Assembly: GCA_024679065.1 (NCBI GenBank)
Contig: JAGIQG010000001.1
Coordinates: forward strand, 48,918,001 to 48,982,000
From: Sphyrna mokarran
Lineage: Eukaryota
Direction of reading: 5' to 3'
Length of the DNA: 64,000 nt
Shown here: one piece after another, positions 11,959-24,189 of the stretch
Layout: every line of letters begins with the position of its first letter
How positions within the stretch are numbered: the stretch's first letter is position 1
Made by a program: the position numbers and the translations under genes
Notes under the pieces: generated by a model
The model's database searches: none
What the model saw: the letters and a program-made list of their open reading frames with translations, nothing else
What the model was told of the DNA's origin: nothing

Positions 11959-13417
11959 AAAGCTTTTTAAGAGCTGCTGCACTGATGATGCTATCTTCTC
12001 TAACAGAACACTTTAGATATGAAAATTGCACAAAGGAAATGATTAAGAATATGGAATTTAGTTAACTCTGTGGAAGCTGGTGAATATAACCTTCCATACA
12101 ATGAACACATATGTGCAGATGAATTCTGGCCCAGTATTAGAGTTGTCCCTTAGAGTTTTGTCCAACACAATCTCAGCTGTAAATTGCTACTTGCATTTGG
12201 GCTGTCCTGCCATAGGACCACAAATAGTTAATATTCAGTGGCTTGTCATGAAAGAACCACATAGGATATGCTTGTACTGATACCATGGAAAGGGCAACAT
12301 CAAAGAGGTTACAGATAGCGATAGAACATTTTGTGACACTTGGAGTATGTACTTGGCACAGAATAATGTTCTTCTCTGTACAACATTCATTTGATCAAGG
12401 TTTGGATCAAAGAAAATTGGGTTGTGCAGCCAGCATTAATTCTGTCTGTTTTAGCTGCCATGCTGATTGCATTGCGCTTTTAGGGAAGTTGTTAACAATA
12501 CAGCCCATCCCTCTACATTGCATATACTAACACCGGCACATATCGGAGTTTTGTTGCAGAAGCAATCAGTTATCAACTGCATGTAAAACTGTACCCTTAC
12601 AAGTGCTCTCCTTTGCAAATGGTTCCATTGACCAGTACACTGTGGCACAGTAGTTCAATGATTTTAACAGTGCTTCTCAAAACATAAGTAACAATAGCTA
12701 ACAAACAGGTGCACATTTACCTAAATTCCTTCAATAGTCAGCAGTAAACCTTTAACATTTTGCATCAACTGCAGTTTCCAGAATTTAGAATTATATTGTA
12801 TTGATTGCAACAATTTCTGAAATGCGAGAGAAAGCAATCATTACACCAACTGCTCAGTAAATGACTTTTAATAACTCCTTTATCTGCCCAATTATGTACT
12901 CACCTATTTAGTCATCCTGAGACACTCACTTTTCCAACCAGTCATGCAGGGATACCCACTCAGATTTCTTCCCCTCACCCAACATTCACAAACCTCAGAC
13001 AATATTTCTTTATGAAGTATTTTAAACAAGCAAATTTTAATATAAACACCAGCGCACTTAGCTCTGATGCACGTATATTTTGTCTGAGCGCTGTTATTAT
13101 CTGCAATCAGACTTCCTTCATCGCTTTTCCATTCTGTACTTCAGAAGGTTTGTAACTGTCACCACTAACCTCTTAATTAAAAACTGTAGTACAAGTAACA
13201 TGTATGTGATTCAAGTACTCAATGTAGCAGAACAAAAATATACTCGCATCATAGGCTTGGTTGAGGATGAAAAGATTGTGAAATATGCACTTTATATTGC
13301 TGACTGAAAGGTAAAGAAGATTTTGGAATTACGTGGTTTCATTTGAATGGGCATAGCTAATGTGGTAAGATTTTGAAACAAGAAAAAGTAATTGCCTCTC
13401 TGTTTTAATCATAGAAA

Positions 13418-13830
13418 GAACTCAGTAAGAATTTAGCAACATCAATTTTAAATCCAACCGATTTATTTGATAGTAAATTTGCGAGCTTTCGACACTCTTG
13501 TGCCTTCGTCAGGCAAATACAGTGTTCTGGTCTGCAATAGCACACGTATCAACACAGACAGTCATTAGAATGCGAATCCTTACATCTAACCTGCTATTCA
13601 AGTGTTAAAGTGGCTAACAATGTGTGTGAATGGAATCCTAAGCATTGGTTAGAGAATTGTGTATTTTCTCCAGACAGCACAGTAAGAGAGGTTTTTTGCT
13701 AACCCAGGCAAGTTACGGGGATTACAGATCGCAAATTTACTATCAAATAAATCGGTTGGATTTAAAATTGGTGTTGCTAAATTCTTACTGAGTTCTTAAT
13801 ACCCCAGTCCAACGCCGGCATCTCTACATC
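13418..13830. mobile_element. Short inverted-repeat Penelope-like element (family 1) with 13-bp TSD
   Basis: Inverted arms 13416-13484 and 13729-13797 differ at one base; 33-nt 3' extension; TTAATCATAGAAA at 13405-13417 and 13831-13843. Confidence 0.85.
13477..13518 (-). ncRNA. Minimal type-I hammerhead ribozyme motif (intact core)
   Basis: AUUUGC-CUGACGA-A-GGCAC(AAGA)GUGUC-GAA-AGCU-C-GCAAAU: 6-bp helix I, 5-bp helix II, palindromic AGCU helix III. Confidence 0.8.
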
Positions 13831-13832
13831 TT

Positions 13833-14170
13833 AATCATAGAAACCCTGCAGTACAGAGAAAAGCCATTTGGGTTATTGACTCTGCACCGATCACAATCCC
13901 ATCCTGGCCCTACACCCACATCCCTACATATTTACCCACTAATCCCTCTAACCTACACATCTCAGGGCACTAGGGACAATTTAAGCATGGCCAATCAACC
14001 TAACCCGCATGTCTTTGGACTGTGGGTGAAAACTGGAGCACACAGAGGAAATCCATGCAGACACAAGGAGAATGTGTAATCTCGACACAGCCAGTGACCC
14101 TAGTTGAGAATCGAACCCAGGTCCCTGGAACTGTGAAGCAGCAGCGCTAACCACTGTACTATTGTGCCGG
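13833..14170 (-). mobile_element. HE1/V-SINE, tail type A
   Basis: B box GGTTCGATTC, central domain and TTTCTATGATT tail. Confidence 0.85.
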
Positions 14171-14312
14171 TTAAAAATGAAGACAGACCGATCTCACTAT
14201 TGTTCCATTGTTTCTACGGTACAAGATTTATCTTCTTATGTCCTCTATACCTCCCACTTACCTCATAGTACTTACAGGGCCCCAACTGCAACCAAGATAA
14301 ACTCCAGATTAA

Positions 14313-14540
14313 GGCAAGATATTACAGATGCTGGTTCTGAAACAAAATGCTGGAGAATCTGAGCAGGTTTGACAGCATCTGTGGAGAGAAAACAGAGCCA
14401 ACGTTTTGAATCTGGATGATCCTTTGTTAGAGCTGGTGAAAAATCTGGTGAAGGATCATCTGGACTCAAAATGTTAGCTCTATTCGCTTTCCTCAGAAGC
14501 TGTCAGACCTGCTGAGATTTTCCAGCATTTTCTGTTTTTG
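14313..14540. mobile_element. Palindromic Penelope-derived element (family 2) with two decayed hammerhead motifs, 15-bp TSD
   Basis: Inverted arms around about 14437; CTGGTGA-AGGATCATCTGGACTC-AAAATGTT and an opposite-strand copy; TAAACTCCAGATTAA at 14298-14312 and 14541-14555. Confidence 0.75.
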
Positions 14541-15339
14541 TAAACTCCAGATTAATTGTCCATCTAATCTATTTATTTAGGCCCATAGACAGCTTCCCTC
14601 CTCTGAGGGCTGCTTTACGAACAATTTGTACAGAGCTTATACATCAAGAATAAAACTTTCCTTCTGGGTTCAGGGTCCTGACCCCACATCATATTGGTAA
14701 TAATTGGCCAATACAATTTAATGGCTGGGGGATATACTTGCTATCTAATTAAGGATGATGGGCAGGCTCTCAAAGATGTCAGACCAACTCGAGGTCTTCC
14801 ACCATCATATCCTTCTGTTACATGTGAGGGAAAGAGATGATAGCTCCGTACTGATTTACTTTCTCAGACCATTTTGCATAATGGAAGAAAAGAAATGCCC
14901 ATAGGTGTTAGATTACCTTTGAGTTGGGGAAATGATACCACAGGAAAGTCTGTGGCTGCAGTGTAGCCAGGTAGTTTTCCTCATGTTAGAAAATCTGCAT
15001 CATGGCAAAAACGTGGACCAAATCTTTTTAAAATTGGTAAATTTTGTCTTTGGTATCTGATGGAAAGAAATCATCAAATTCAGTCTGAGTGATTTTGTCT
15101 ATGGCATCATTGTAAAATCAGATTTGATACTTTCACTTTCAAATCATCTCTCCACAACAAGTTATCTTCCTCTTCATCTATTGAAGACCACCAATACCAA
15201 GCACCAAAATAAATCATCAGAAGCATCAGCATTGCAATTTTACAATCCGAGATGTACAACTACTGTGGAGATAGACAGAAAGATCTGGGGTTATACAAAC
15301 AACAAAAAAGCAAACCAATTGTATTTGTTTGAAAATATC

Positions 15340-15566
15340 TGTGCATAACACAATCCAATTACTCCATCATTCAAAGGGCACATTAGCTTTAGTGTTTGGA
15401 ATCATATATTTTCATACCTATCTAGTTGGCATAAAATTTGTGTTAGATATCAACCACAAGCCACTGAAGATGATTTGGCAAAAGCCATTGTGCAGTGCAC
15501 CACCAAAATTGCAAAATTGTGAAGATTCAAGGTTCCAATCGTGACATTAGGTATAAGCCAGGTAAT
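15340..15566 (+). pseudogene. Ty3/Gypsy pol RNase H fragment
   Basis: LALVFGIIYFHTYLVGIKFVLDINHKPL..KPLCSAPPKLQ...IRYKPG. Confidence 0.75.
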
Positions 15567-15604
15567 CTGATAGACCTACCAGAGGAAATTTTTCTGTCCC
15601 ATCC

Positions 15605-15873
15605 ACAGTAGTACAGTGGTTAGCACTGCTGCCTCACAGTGTCAGGGGCCTGGGTTTGATTCCCGGCTTGGGTCACAGTGTGGAATTTGCATGCTCTTCC
15701 CATGTTTGCATGGGCTTCCTCTGGGTGTTCTGGTTTCCCCCCACTGTCTGAAAGACATGCTAGTTAGATGCATTGACCCAACCAGCTCTGGAGTGTGGCA
15801 ACTAGGGAAATTTCACAGTAACTTCATTACAGTATTAATGTAAGCCTTACTTGTGACTAATAAATAAACTTTA
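15605..15873 (+). mobile_element. V-SINE, tail type B
   Basis: Head, central domain and tail TCACAGTA...TACTTGTGA-CTAATAAATAAAC. Confidence 0.85.
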
Positions 15874-15924
15874 AAACATTCCTGAATTGGAGATTCTGCA
15901 TTTTCTGATCCATCCGATGATAGT

Positions 15925-16230
15925 GAATAAAAGCTGTTCCCACTAGCTGACGGCACAAGATCTTAGGGACACATTTTTTAGATTTTGGGCAAGTGATGCA
16001 GTGGGCTTGTGAGGAAAGCCATCTTTAGAAAATGAGATGATGACTATTTACAAGACTGGCAGAAATAGACAATCAATGATTTTAAAAGGAAGTTAGGTCG
16101 ATGCTTGAAGGAAATAAATTTGTACGGCTACGAGTGTACAGTGAGGGAATGGAATAGACTTAATTGCTCCATGGAGACCAGGTATATGCTTGATGGCTGA
16201 ATGACCACTTTCTGTGCCATAAGTGAATTT
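15925..16230 (+). mobile_element. Old CR1 3' end
   Basis: AAGCTGTTCCCAC...GGCTGAATGACCACTTTCTGTGCC resembles CR1 3' ends. Confidence 0.5.
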
Positions 16231-16961
16231 GTGGCTCATTTTGTTCTCTCAAAGCATCGCACAATTCAAAACCATACAAAATATTAAATGGGCAGCATAT
16301 TTTTACTATTTCATTTCAATGTGATTGTTGTTTTCTCTGCCAACTGTGCACCTATCCCATTCAGTGTAAAGATGATTCTTGAATTTTTGTTGAGGTACAC
16401 AAAAATCCAGGCCTAACATGTGTCTGTGAAACAAATCTTCATACTTCATGTCTTTCATTCTCAGGCTACTTCCACTTTTAAAACTTTCTCCATTTTTGGT
16501 TTGTAAAATCCTAACACTGTGGATGCTTTTAGTTTGTGCAAACAGTTTAACTCCAAATCTACTTCTGGCATTATTTTCCCACCTCCCAGCTTAAGATTTG
16601 CTCTTGCAAGTTTCCATTTGAAATTCTGACTGCCTTTGCATGGGCTTGCATGCCTGTGCATGTCTGTGTCTCAGTGTGATTTTGTTTTAAATCTTTGTCT
16701 GTTCACTATCAAAACACAACTCAGTGGATTTGAGGTGTTTATCAATTGCTGAGACAAGCTAATACTTTGTCAAATATTTAGATTCAGTGGAGATTCATTA
16801 TCCAAGCCTTTTCTTTATTTGGTATCTGGCCAATTTTCATTCATTTCAATTTAGATTTAACCATTCTTTTTGAAAATTCTTTCTTTGGAATAATGATCAA
16901 GAATTTTGAAAAGAGACATCTTGATTTTCTTTGTCCTCTATTGTTCAGCCTCCAAGGTTCT

Positions 16962-17350
16962 CCCTGCTCTGCCCAAGACTGCAAAAAATACAAAAGGTCA
17001 TGAATGTAGCTCAAACCAGCCTCCCATCCATCGACTCTGTCTACACTCCTCAGAAAAGCACCCTGGACATTATCTGTTCCATCTTCTTCTGTAGGGAAAA
17101 AAGTCACAAAAGTCTGAGGTCACGTGCCAATCAACTCAAGAACAGCCTCTTCCCTTCTGTCGTCAAACTTTTGAATGGACTTACCTCACATTAAGTTGAT
17201 CTTTCTCTACATCCTGGCTATGACTGCAACATTACATTCTGCATGGTCTCATTTCCTTCTCTATGAGCAGTATGCTTTGTCTCTATAGCACGCAAGAAAT
17301 AATACTTTTCACTGTATGCTAATAATGTGACAATAGTAAATCAAATCAAA
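16962..17350 (+). mobile_element. Rex1/Babar LINE 3' end
   Basis: KSLRSRANQLKNSLFPSVVKLLNG; TGTGACAATAGTAAATCAAATCAAA terminus. Confidence 0.8.
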
Positions 17351-19699
17351 CTAAAATTCATCGTGAAAATGACAAAAAAAATGCCAGTTTAGATTGTTTA
17401 GATTAGATAATTTAGATAAATAGCAGCTTCATGTAGCTCACCAAATGGGTCATCTTAAAAATATTTGACAATGATGGTTAACATGATGTAGACACATTAC
17501 TGCTTTTTGAAAGAATCCACATGTAGAACAGTTTATTGAAAGCAAAAGGTGAATCATATATACTGTGTGATAGAATGTGTCAATTTAGCCTGTGGCCATA
17601 TTCAGTCTGATTGAAACCAGCCCAGGCTGGTTGGAGAATGGCCTTTGCTGGCTGTAAGGCTGTGAAGGCACTAAGTAAACTCAATCTCAAAATAACTTCA
17701 GTTAGTCCATGTCAACAGTGCAATAGAGACTATCCTACTCCAGCAGATATAAAGAGCGGCTGTTGGAAAAATGGAAAGTTATCCATTAGTGTTATAAGGT
17801 TAGTTATTACAGCACAATATTTGGGTACAATAAAGGAAACTCTGCTCTGCAACTCTTGCTGTGTCTGGTTTGGGAGTGGATGATAAAAGTGGAAACTGGA
17901 CTTAATTCTTCAGCACTAATGCATTTTTACTTGATGAATACAAAATTCCCACAAATAGTACATAGGATTGCATAAGTGGTTTTTCAAGAATGTGTATTTA
18001 TTATGTACTGGGAAGTTGTTATAGCAACTTCTCAGTCTAAGGTGACTGAGAACCACTATGCTGTGTGCATCCTAATTGTCTAATAAGGAATATATTAAAG
18101 AGTCACAGATCATTGCATTTTGTTGAAAAGGTTTGTTGTTTAGGCATGAACCAGTTCATTGTTGTTACTTGTGTGTGACTTATGCACACAATGCAGCCCC
18201 AGTGAAAAAGCTGACGGGTAGTGCTGACTTGACAAGTGTTTTATTATGACAGAAATCTTTCATCCAGCTATTTCTAAGAAATGACCAGGAAACGTGTCTC
18301 TGACTTTGACATAAGAGACGTCAGTCAGAATTGACTGTATGTGAAGTTTAGAATCTATTCAGTTTTGCAAAGTAAAGTACTTTTATCAGATTAACTGCAA
18401 TTCTTTTCCGATTAATTGGTTACTGTGCTAGCAAATCAAAGCGTCATTATGTTTAACAGCAGTATACCGAAGGTTCTTTTCACAAACTCATCTAACAAGA
18501 TACGGGGAGAAGAACATAGGAGTTCAGTATGACCAGGCTGGAACTGAGCTCCTTTGAAAACTCAGGTTTGACTCTTTATTTGAAAGGACAATCTGAGAGG
18601 AGAAAATTCAATTGCCACTCATTCCTCCATTTCATTTCAAATAATTTTGTCAATTGTAGTATTCATTTTGCCTTGGAAAATCTTTTATTACAGATTTACT
18701 CTCACACCAGCAATGTTGGCTATAGTTTGTAGATGAGCAGATTCACATAATGTCTAGAAATTCGCATTAAGACCAGCTGGATGGTTATCCATCTCAAGTT
18801 CAACTTCCGGGCATCTTGAAGCGCCACTTCTCAAATTCCTCTATGGACTGATTGTAACATGCAATATTAAGACATCGCCCTGCTTTGAGAGGAGACATAT
18901 GCTGCAACCTATTAGAGCTACAATTCCTACTGACTGTTAACAATTTCCTGTAGTTTTCCTGAATTGGCTTCGTTGTTTCCTTGCATTGTATTTGTACATT
19001 AGTCAGCCCAATCCAACAAAGCCAATGTTATATATATAATTTTTGGAAGACAGTGCTTTGACTGCCAATGACACCAGTAATAGAAAGCCATAATGTTGAA
19101 AATGTATTTATTATTTTAGTATGAAAAATATTGTGAAGAAAGGTTAAAAAAAACCTTTGAAAAAGAGGGATCTTTAGGGTTTTAAATATTTGTGCATTAC
19201 TTTAGTCCAGTGCAATAACAAAATAATGCAGAAGAGGAATTCATCACATCTGAAGTAATCCAGCCAGAGCTTTCAAGATTATGGAGGAATTTAGAACTGC
19301 AATGAAATTGATGGAAAATGTGAGGATCAGATGTATATTACTGTTGATGTTAATAGGATATTCTTGTTTGAGAAAGTTCTCTAAGTAAAAAGACAACAGG
19401 GATAGTTGGCTGAGTTTAAAACCAGCAACTGAAAGCCTCAGTAAAGGAAATTCAATAGAAAGGTCCAAATGCATCTAAAAATGTTAGGAATGCACAAGGT
19501 GATAAAACATAACAAACTCATTTTTTTAAATGATTAACCTTTAATTAATTAAGATGGTGGGTACGGTGGCAGGTGGGTAGTGGGATAGCTGGAAAAAGAG
19601 GAAGCGGGTGAGTTGATTGGTAAGTGAGTAGGTAGTCATGTGATCAAACGAGAGAGTTAGGGGAGTTGCTAAGAATAATTGGCAGTTGTTTAAAAATAA

Positions 19700-20026
19700 A
19701 GGGCAGTGTGGCACAACAGTTAGCACTGCTGTCTCACATCACCAAGGATCCAGAATTAAACCTTGGGTGTCTGTGTGGAGTTTGCACGTTCTTCCTGTGT
19801 CTGCATGGGTTTCCTCCCAGTATTCCGGTTTCCTCCCACAGTCCAAAGTTGTGCAGCTTAGGTTGATTGACATGCTAATTGCTTTTTAGTCTCCCAAGAT
19901 GTGTAAGTTAGGGGGATTAGTAGGGTATATACATGGGTTACAGGATAGGAGTTGGGTGGAATTGTTTTTGTAGGGTCAATGGGCCGAATGGTATTATTCT
20001 GCACTGTAGGGATTCTATGATTCTAT
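19700..20026 (+). mobile_element. HE1/V-SINE, tail type A
   Basis: Ends GGGCCGAATGG...CTGCACTGTAGGGATTCTATGATTCTAT. Confidence 0.85.
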
Positions 20027-20328
20027 AATATTTTTCCCAATCCTTCTCTTACCATAAACATTTCCAGTTTACTTAAATCTAGTCCTATTGTTTGCTTCAA
20101 TAGATTTCCCCAATAACTTAATGTAAAAAATAGTTGCCTTTTCTTCTTTAAAATATCTATCCAACTTCCATCTTGTTACTATCTTGTTTTAAGTTGTTGT
20201 GCTTTCATATTTGTTTTCCTCAGCAATGGTAACAATCAAATTTGCAGAACAAAGCTCCTCCATATACTTGAAAAATTCAAATGACAAGAGGTGGCCTTAT
20301 CTACTGGGGAATTAGAGACTGATAAAGT

Positions 20329-21205
20329 TCATAGAATTATTGAATGTGGTTGTGCACAAGGAGGCCATAAAGCCCATCGAGCATGCGTCAAAACAATTTC
20401 ACCTATGCCCCATCCCTGTAACCCCTCGCTATTAGGGCAGAGGCTAGGAATAGTGAGACAAGTACCTCACTTCCTCACTCCCAAAGCCTGTTCACCATCT
20501 ATAAGTCACAAGTTAGGAGTGCGATAGAAAACTCTCCACTTGCCTGGATGGGTGCAACTTCAATGACACTTAAAAAGCTTGGCTCCATTCAGGACAAAGC
20601 AGCCCGTTTGCTAAGTACCACATCCACAAGCATCCACTCCCTCCACCACCGATGCTTAGTAGCAGTGTGTACTATCTACAAGATGCACTGTAGTAATTCA
20701 TCAAAGATCCTGAGATAGTACTTTCCAAATCCATGACCACTTCCATCTATTAGGACAAGGGCAGTGGGTACATACGATCACCAATACTTGCAAGTGCACT
20801 TCCAAGCTTCTGACCATCCTGACTTGGAAATATATTGCCATTCCTTCGCAGTCACTGGATCAGTGTTATGGGTCAGCCTTACAGTACAATGACTGTAGTG
20901 ATTCAGGAAGGCAGCTTACCATCATCTTCTCAAGGGGTAACTAGGGATAGGCAATAAATGCTGGCCAGCCAATGATCCCTATTTCCCACGAATGAATTAA
21001 AAGAAGTCCTTATTGGCATTAAGGGACAATTTAGCATGGCCAATCAACCTAATCCACACCTCTTTGAACTATGGGAAGAAACCAGAGCAAATCCATGCAG
21101 TCACAGGGAGAATGTGCAAACTCCTCATAGGCAGTGACCCGAGGCTGGAATCAAACCTGGGTCCCAAGAACTGTGGGGCAGTAGTGCTAACCACTATGCC
21201 ACTGT
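20329..21205 (-). mobile_element. V-SINE type A split by a LINE insertion (parts 20329-20435 and 21008-21205)
   Basis: Tail and head halves are collinear on either side of 20436-21005. Confidence 0.7.
20436..21005 (+). mobile_element. CR1/L2-group LINE 3' end (second family)
   Basis: Frameshifted GQRLGIVRQV...IYKSQVRSAIENSPLAWMGA...IQDKAARL...SLHHR; tail CTAGGGATAGGCAATAAATGCTGGCC...GAATGAATTAAAA. Confidence 0.7.
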
Positions 21206-22294
21206 GCTGCGTGGGTGGTAGGGAGGAAAGAAATCTATGTTAAGCAGAATCAACAGCACAGAAAATGATCATTTGCCCCATCTGATTAGGTGATGACTAT
21301 GTCTTCCAGAGTCAAATTGAATTTTTATCTTAAAATAGCCCTTAAAAAGTGCAAATAGTGCCAACAGTGGAGCTCATGTTATTTTTAGTGTCTGTGTATC
21401 TAAGAACAGCTTGTGTAGATCATTCAGGATTTAAGACAGTAGTCTGAAAACTTTGGTATTTTTAAGCAGTAAGACTGTTAGATTGATGTCACTGATATAA
21501 GAATTACTTCAATAAAATAAATAGGGGTCACTAACCAAGTTAAGATTCAAAGGAAGATTTATCCACTGAGGCACACTTCCATTAACTTACGAGGTTACAA
21601 ATATTTGTCGTAAAAATAGTACAGATATAAAGCAGTGGCAAGTCTCAGCATTAATAAAATAATCTGTATTTATTGAGCATTAAAAGGCCACTGGGAAAAA
21701 TTTGTGGAGAGGACATGTTTAATTTGTCATTTTTTTTTCAATTGAAGGTCAAAGTTCCTTTTATCTCATTTAATTATGTAAATAATTTCTGTTTGCTTTG
21801 TATAGATAGTCAAGGACATCTTGCATATGAATGCCAATAAAGTTTTAATGGTCCCTGTGATACATCATGCATGTTTTTTCCATACAATGGCAATATGCCT
21901 ATAAATAATGATCTTTCTTAGCTGACATTTTCACTCAGTAGCCATTAACCCTTTAGGATTTCTATTAAAGATAAGGTTTGTCTTAAATCTCTGTCATTAT
22001 GGAGATATTTTTAATGTTTTTTGTATTGAGTACAGTGTACCAATAATCACTTTATCCTCAGTAAAAGCAAGTAATTTATACAATGGTAAGGATCTCATAA
22101 ACACATCTGTTTTTGTCAGATTTATATCTGCAATTGCTTAAAGATTCTTCTTATTGTTACAAAATCTCTTTTAAAATTACATTTTCTTCTATTTACTTCA
22201 CTCTATTGTATCACATCCTCAGGCCAAGTGTGAAAGCACCCAATTCTGATTAGAAATTTGAATATAATTCATTTCATTTTTGGACCCGTGAACA

Positions 22295-23610
22295 TCACAG
22301 TATCAGAGAATTGTTATGGCTCATTGTGTCTACACTGGCTCTCCAAATACGCATCATGACTTAATGCTATTCCCCTGCCTTTTACCCATATCCCTGCATA
22401 TTTGCATTCAAGTAATTACCTAGGCTAAAGGTAAAGGTGAAGTCTTGTGGGGGTTAACAGGGATAGGGCGCTGGAGAAGGCGTGGGTAAGACACTCCATC
22501 AGACAGTCAATGCAGACTCAATGGGCTGAATGGCCTCTTTCTGCACTGTAAAGAGTCTGATTTTATGAGGTCCCAAGTGACTCTTGACCACTTTCAACTT
22601 TGGGGAGGGAGAGATGACTGGTGGCAATTTAACTTGAGGATCACCACACTTCAGGCAACAGGCAAGGTTGAGAAAACCTACACGAATAACCTCAGCCCTT
22701 AGGTGTGGGAATTGAACCCGTGCTGTTGACATTGCTCTGAATCATTATGAGCCATCCACCCAAAAAATTATCTAATATTCTTTGGAATGACTTAATTAAA
22801 CCTACTTGCAGTATGCTTTCAGACAGAGCTTTCCAGACCTAAACCACTCGTTATGTGAAAAGTCTTCTTACATTATATTTGCTTTTTTTTTGAAAATCAC
22901 TTTAAATCTATTTCCCCTCATGCTTAATCCTTTGACAAGTGGGATAAGTTTCTCCCTATCTACTCAGTCCAGCCATCTCTTGACTTTGAAGATAGAATCA
23001 TAGAATCCTACAATGCAGAAGAAGGCTATTCGGCCATTGAGTCTGTGCCGTCCACAATTCTACCCAGACTGTATCCCTATAACTCCATACATTTATCCCA
23101 GAGAGCCCCCCTGACACTAAAGGGCAATTTGGCATGGTCAATCCACCTAACCTGCATATCTTTGAGCTCTAGGGGGAAACCAGAACACTCAAAAGAAACC
23201 CACACAGTGACCAAAGTAGGGAATTGAACCCTGTCCCTGGTGTTATGAGGCAGTAGTGCTAACCACTATGCCATTGTACTGCTCTATCTCTGTTTAATCA
23301 TCTCTGAACCTTCTTCTCTCCAAGGAAAACAATCCAACTTTTCTAATTTGTCCTCATAACTGAGGTTTTTCACCCCAGGAAATAAGTGAAGTTTCTCATC
23401 CCTCCAAAACTTTTCTACATTCTGTCCAAAACGTTCACATCCTTCCTATAGTGTCAGAACCATACACAATACTTCAGCTGAGGCATATACTTGAGTCTTG
23501 CATAAGTTCTGCATGATGTCCTTCTCTTGTACACTATGTCAGTATTAGCCCAGGATACTATATACTTTATTAACTGGTCTCTCTATCTTTCCTGTCATGT
23601 TCAATGAAAA
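22295..23610 (-). mobile_element. Old CR1 3' region interrupted by SINEs (22430-22570 tail, +; 22575-22760 other tRNA SINE, -; 22993-23280 V-SINE A, -)
   Basis: Collinear CR1-like pieces (TTCTCCCTATCTACTC, CTCCAAGGAAAACAATCC, CCTTCCTATAGTG) between recognisable SINEs. Confidence 0.6.
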
Positions 23611-23649
23611 CAAAGGGGTCAAGGTGGGGTAAAAATTAATCATCTGAAG

Positions 23650-24155
23650 ACCCCTTTGTCTTCATTTTATTTAATTTTTTACTGTTCTTACCTTTTATTT
23701 ATTGTCTTTCTTTGTTCTTCATCCCTCCATTCTTTTCACCTATTTATTCCCCCTTTCCTTACGTTTCATCCCCCTTGCTTCCCCTTTCCTCTTTTTCTAA
23801 CTTTAATCTCTCTCCCATACATCCCCCCCCCCCACCCTTCCCCAACTTCATCTGTCAGAATTTACCTCTGATTTCACTTTTTCTGCCATTTGGCCATTCA
23901 CACCCTTTATTCATTCTACAGAATGCCATTAGCAACCTTTCTTCCGGTTCCAGTGGCTATGACTCATCTTTCATTCCCCCTCCCTCTGCAGTATAAATAT
24001 CACCCAGTTTCTTTGCCTTTTAGCTTTGACAAAGAGTCATCTGGACGTAAAACATGAGCTGTTTTCTCTCCCTACAGATGCTGCCAGATCTGCTGAGATT
24101 TTCCAGCATTTTCTCTTTTGTTTTCAGTTTCCAGCGTTCATAGTAATTTCTTTTA
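23650..24155 (+). mobile_element. Penelope family-2 3' end: pyrimidine-rich tract plus decayed hammerhead motif
   Basis: TTGACAAAGAGTCATCTGGACGTAAAACATG followed by CAGATGCTGCCAGATCTGCTGAGATTTTCCAGCATTT, as at 14450-14540. Confidence 0.65.
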
Positions 24156-24189
24156 ACCCTTCCTTTTACCTCCACAAAAAACTCAAGCA

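Noticed and set aside
13145-13310. Plus-strand exon candidate (CTTCAG...AAG-GTAAAG)
   Set aside because: In-frame stop before the donor and no recognisable protein.
23650-23990. Hydrophobic F/P/L-rich ORFs as a membrane protein
   Set aside because: Translation of a low-complexity pyrimidine tract belonging to a Penelope-type terminal repeat.
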